From: Spirogloea muscicola
Lineage: Eukaryota
NCBI GenBank assembly: GCA_009602725.1
Contig: WELB01000017.1
Span: 835,240-872,969, forward strand
Length of the DNA stretch: 37,730 bases
Direction: 5' to 3'
Of this stretch, positions 33,056 to 37,730 are shown piece by piece. Under the pieces are notes generated by a model. It was not told the origin of the DNA. It did no database searches and saw only the letters and a program-made list of their open reading frames with translations. The position numbers were made by a program, and so were the translations under genes. Numbering within the stretch: position 1 is the stretch's first letter; every line of letters starts with the position of its first letter.

Positions 33056-36000
33056 ATGGCGGCGGGCCGGCTGCTGCCGGTGCTGGCGGCGTGGATCGTG
33101 GCGCCGGGCATCTTCCTCGTCGCGCGCGCCGCCGTGCGCGCCGCGGCGGCGGGGTCTCTGCCGGACCTCCTTGCCTTCGTCGGTGCGCGCCACGGAGCTG
33201 AGGTCTCCCCCGCCGTCGTCGACGGCGGCTCCATGGCCATGAGCTCTGGACCCGCTCGATGCCGAGGACGTCAGGGTTTAGGGTTTTCGGTTTAGGGTTT
33301 TCGGTTTAGGGTGTCGGATTAGGGTTCAGCGATTTAGGGTTTAGGGTTTAGCGTCGCTCAAGGTCGTCGGTCGAGCCGGGGCTCTGGTCGTCGTGTGGAC
33401 TGTCACGTCGGAGCCCCGGCGGTGTCTCACGGCTAAGGTGGCTTTAGTGAGGAATATATTCAATTGAGGGTTTTGGGAAGCATAAGAGGTCGGATTCAGG
33501 GCTTCAGTAACAGGGGTTTACAGAATGGAGTGTGTTTTGAGTGACGGATGTTCTGAGTGGCCAAAGTATGAAAGGCAGAGGGGTTTGAGGTATTACTATG
33601 TAAATGAACACTTAAAAGTCCACACAAATGCTATGTATGATGTGGGCGCTCACCTGCTTACCTTTGGCCGTGGTGATCGGGCCGCAGCTCTTCCGCTGGC
33701 GGCGTGGGTGGCGTCCCTCAAGCTCCTCCGGCAGCGCCTCCTCGCGCCGCTCTTCCCGCCCAGCTTCCTCGCCGCCGTCATTACCCTCCACGTCCTCACT
33801 TACGCTGTCCACCTGGCACGAGGTGCTTTCCCAACATCACCAACACCTTAGTTAGCTTACTTAGCTAAGCTTCATTAGCTTACCTGCGACTCTGTGTCCC
33901 ACCTTGACTTGGGTTTGGTGCAAGCTTTCTGGGCAGTATTGAGAAGGGTCCATCCCTCAAAGAATACTGCTCCTTTGCAGAGGTTGCCGTGGCCAACTCC
34001 ATTGTCTTCTGCACGAGTGCCGCTGCTCTTGTCGTGACATTTGCCAGGTTAGTCAAACACAAACTCAAGGGTGTCAGCAGACCACTACTCTGTGATGGTA
34101 GCACAGACTCAGCGGAAGACTGATAAGGCCCACCTGCTTGTTTATCCCAGAAGTAGCTCAAAATTATTGGGCAACAGATTACTATCTGAGCAGATAAGCC
34201 TGGAAGTACTTACAGACCATAATCACCGCTCCTTCTCATCATAATTTCAACATGACCCAGGGGCGCTCTTCTATAAGCAAAGCCGGCTGATCTCTTCGGA
34301 ATTATGGTCATACAGGGCTTTGCTCAGCGATCCTGGCAGGGTGCAAAAGGCCTCAGCCAAGCAGCCTCACTTGGAGCTCAGCAAAGTAGAAGCAGATGCA
34401 CCCCACAACAATTCAAAGACTTCCTCGGAGCTTGAACCGCTGGTTGCTGCAGAGTCTGGCCAGTTGGTATACAACACTCTTAATTGTACCAGTTTGATAC
34501 AGTCAAATGCCGACAATCATCCTGAGCCGGCTACTTTGTCAAGGCCGTCTCCGGCATCGTTGAGGTGCTTATTTTGTGTCTCGCAGGCCCATCAAACGGC
34601 AGCAAGTGTTTGTGAGGCAGGGCTTGGTCCTCGCTTGTTGGCTGACCCAGGAGGTGCTGCAGAGGTGACTCCCCAGTCTTTGACAGGTCCCACCCTGTCA
34701 GTGAGTGAGCATTTACCTCCGAAGCAGTGGCCGGGTTACCAGCCGCAGTATTTCACGCCGCCAACTTACTGCTCTGTGTGTCAAGTAAGCCTCTGATCTC
34801 AGTCTGATGCGTCTCATCGTCGTGGAAATGGAACCCTATTTGATTGATGCAGGTGTCCATCCCAGAAAATGAACTTAGCGGACAACTTGCGCAGAATCAC
34901 GTCTTTGCCTGGTTGACCTCTCAAACCTTGCGCACATGTTAAGTGGCTACTTTCCCAACAGGCCCCCTTCAAGCTCCGTTCCTGGCACTGCTGGAAGTGC
35001 GAACATTGCACTGAGCGATTCGACCACCACTGCCCAGCCATCGCCAACTGTGTAGGTGCTTCTCTGACTCTTCTGATTGTCATTCGTATCGCTCGGCCTC
35101 ATCAGTTACAGTGCTCCTTTCAGCTGGAAGGAGCTCTGTGGCCGGCCTTGACAACCAACTTTTTGCTAGGCCTCTGCTTCTGAGCCCTTCATGGTTCAGA
35201 GGATCACTCTTGCCCTGATATTGTTCTGGTATTGGACACCTGTGAATCAGGTCGTAGGAATCATCGACTATTCCTGGCCATGCTGGCATCATTCGCCTGT
35301 GCTCAGGTCGCCTTTGCATCTTGTTCATTGGATTGTAAGTACTACAGACTAGCAGAATCTTGTGGTTTACTTTGAGATCCACCAGAGGAAGTTGTTCCCA
35401 TTTTGAGAATATCGCTGCCTATATTTGCATGCAGTCACTGCCTGCTGCTGTTGCCAAAGCCGGCACGAACTTGACTCTCAGTATCCCTCAAACGGTCCCT
35501 GCCTCTTGTGAAGCACCAGCAGCTGTGTGAATCTTTAAAAAGAGTGCTTGCAGATCTGAAGAAGAAGCAGTTGATGGGCGTATCTGCAGCGGACCGCATG
35601 TTCTTCGGGCCAGGTGAGCCCAGTGCAAGTTTGTCAATTTGGATGGTGATTAATATTGCCCTCCTAATGAGTGCTGTTCTGATTTGCTGATGCTAAAACC
35701 TTGGCAGTGGGAGATGTTGAGCAGCTGTGGCTTTCTTCTACTCATGTAAGCACTTGGAATCCATCTTGTGTCGGGTACAGCATGATAGGCTTTTTCTAAG
35801 CACTATTAAGTAGCTCCAAAGTTGTGCCACTTATTTCACCTATACCATGGCATGGCCACAACATGAATCCTGTGTTATGCTTATTGTGCTTGTTGCTTGC
35901 TTCATAACCACGCCTTGAACACAGCACTCATTCTTTTATTGGGTGCTTTCAATATCATCAATTTCATACAGGAGACTCGACCTGACCAAATACAGGGCAC

Positions 36001-36755
36001 TTAGTGGCTACAGATTTGTACGCCATTCTCAGTGAAGTCGCTGTGTGGCTTTCTTGCAGGCCCTAATTAGTGAACCTTGGTTGGTGCCCATGACTTGCTT
36101 CGGACTCATCCAGACATTATGGGAGGTAGGCTAGTCCTCCTCCGCTCTATACTCCAGAGCTTCTGCTGATCCCAAGCTTGTCAGTAAATAGCACTGTCAA
36201 TATTTGCTATGCACATTGGTACCATGACAAGGTTGGGCCTCCTTTGGGCGCTTACTGGTGCATGCAGTCGATCCTTGTCACAGGTACCGCTGCTGATCAT
36301 GCACTGCTACCTTGTGCTGGTTAATCTGACCACGCACGAATGGGTGAGTGTGGGGGCCAGCTTTGTCCTGCAGATGTTATTACCTCCAAAAAGCCACCAT
36401 CTGTCATGCTCACAGCCTCACTTTGCCCTTGGCTTTAGCAGGAATCATGCTTCAGTGCAGATGATGTGCACATCCAATGACATTCATAGCATAGAAGGCT
36501 CATGCAATCCATGACCTGTACAGGTACACTGGGAGAAGCACTCAGAATTTTGCACCGAGGGCCTGCCAAGACCAGGTATGTTGTGGGCAGTCCATCCATT
36601 TGGATCTGGATCCAATTTGCCATCTTTTCACGGATGACCTCCCCTAAGTACAGTGCTGCATTGTGGCAGGTCGGCCATTTCCTCTGAAGACGTTCAAGAA
36701 TCCTTACAACAAAGGGGTGTTGCTGAACATCCGAAGATTTCGGGATGCCGAATGA
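33056..36755 (+). CDS. DHHC-type protein S-acyl (palmitoyl) transferase
   Basis: About 13 short exons. DPG motif at about 34330; [45 protein letters not shown] with DHHC at about 35022-35033; NLTTHEW (TTxE); [12 protein letters not shown]; stop 36753-36755. Confidence 0.92.
33272..33352 (+). repeat. TTTAGGG telomere-like tract in DHHC intron 1
   Basis: About 11 heptad units, five of them exact TTTAGGG, with TTTTCGG variants. Confidence 0.88.
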
Positions 36756-37070
36756 GCGAGCTATGTGGCCGGGTGTACTTAACATTGTAGATTTAATCAA
36801 CCATCCACGACAACGTGGCATATTTAGTAGCCTTCTGGCTCTTCCCGCTTACTCTGCGCTTGTCAGAAGAGGAAGCGGTTGCAAAAGGCCCGCTCACAGT
36901 GAACGCCTGCACGCCAGACTCATTGTGTCTTGCCTAGTCGCGCTGCTGGGCAGGTGAGGAAATCTTGTCGGGGTCGACAAGAAAGGCAGTCGGCTGCTGA
37001 GGGGTCCAGCTTAATGGGGAGATGGTCAGAAGGCCATATTGTGGGAAGCCCAGGGCGTGTCCCCCCAGCC

Positions 37071-37730
37071 TGTAACGAATTTACATGGCTGGAATGTCAA
37101 TGCAGCTGTAATGTATTGACAGATGCCTGGAGATTAGATACCTCATCCGGCTGATAAATAAATTGACTGTCAGTGCCGCAGGAAAGGCTTGACAGATGCC
37201 TGGAGACGGACAATTTCACCAGGCTGGGCAGCGTGGCTTTGATATAGAGCTGAGAGCGGCGCAACCCGGAGTCGTGACACGCGAGACAGCATGGTGCTGG
37301 CGCTGGAACGGCGACGGGAGGTGGCAGCGCTGTAGACTGCCTTGACGGCATTGTTAGCCGTTAGTATTGACGGGGATGATAGACGGCTGACGATAGCCTG
37401 GGGGTAGTGACCGTCAGCTGCGAGTGACGGGTAGATTGTCGGTGGTAGCCGTTGTTAGCCGTCGACAGGTCGTGGACGGGTCATCAACGAGAGACTGGGT
37501 GCCGAACATCCCACCCGGGCCCGTATGGCCGGGCTCGCAGTCCGTCGGGCTATAAAGGGGGCACCCGAGATGGGAGAGGGGGTGAGTTCTTCACCCAACC
37601 TCGGACCCCTGGACCCTTGCCCCTGCAGTAACCGTTGCTCAGTTTTACCGTTGCGGCCCCATCCCAATGCCTCCCGCTTTTCCTTGCGCCGCCGGCAGCC
37701 CGGGCTTGGCGATCCACAGCATTCGTTACA
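37071..37730 (+). mobile_element. LTR-like unit (5' LTR or solo LTR), 660 bp
   Basis: Starts TGTAACGAAT and ends with its reverse complement ATTCGTTACA (TG...CA, 10-bp inverted termini). TATAAAG at 37551. Internal repeat TTGACAGATGCCTGGAGA at 37116 and 37189. Confidence 0.72.

Noticed and set aside
29060..33352. Telomeric tracts as target sites of the CRE-like elements (as for MoTeR or Cnl1)
   Set aside because: No element junction lies in or beside a TTTAGGG tract in this window.

Overview
GC-rich, intron-rich eukaryotic DNA, most likely from a streptophyte green alga (inferred from the NPH3/RPT2-like genes, TTTAGGG repeats and codon style). It has two assembly gaps. The host genes, reconstructed by hand across introns, are: a RING-CH/MARCH-type E3 ligase lacking its usual last exon, followed in phase by only the C-terminal half of an aquaporin; three NPH3/RPT2-like (NRL) BTB genes, two with the BTB-NPH3-coiled-coil layout (one with its start in a gap) and one where the BTB half is followed by RING-H2 exons instead of an NPH3 domain; a cytosolic-type glutamyl-tRNA synthetase; and a DHHC palmitoyltransferase. 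Intergenic DNA is dominated by one family of CRE/Zepp-like non-LTR retrotransposons (RT plus restriction-like endonuclease). There is one nearly full-length decayed copy and more than a dozen 5'-truncated copies from at least six subfamilies. They share a structured 3' tail ending in TTCTTCT, pile up just upstream of genes, insert into each other's tails and leave target-site duplications (TSDs) of unrelated sequence. A 660-bp LTR-like unit ends exactly at the window end.
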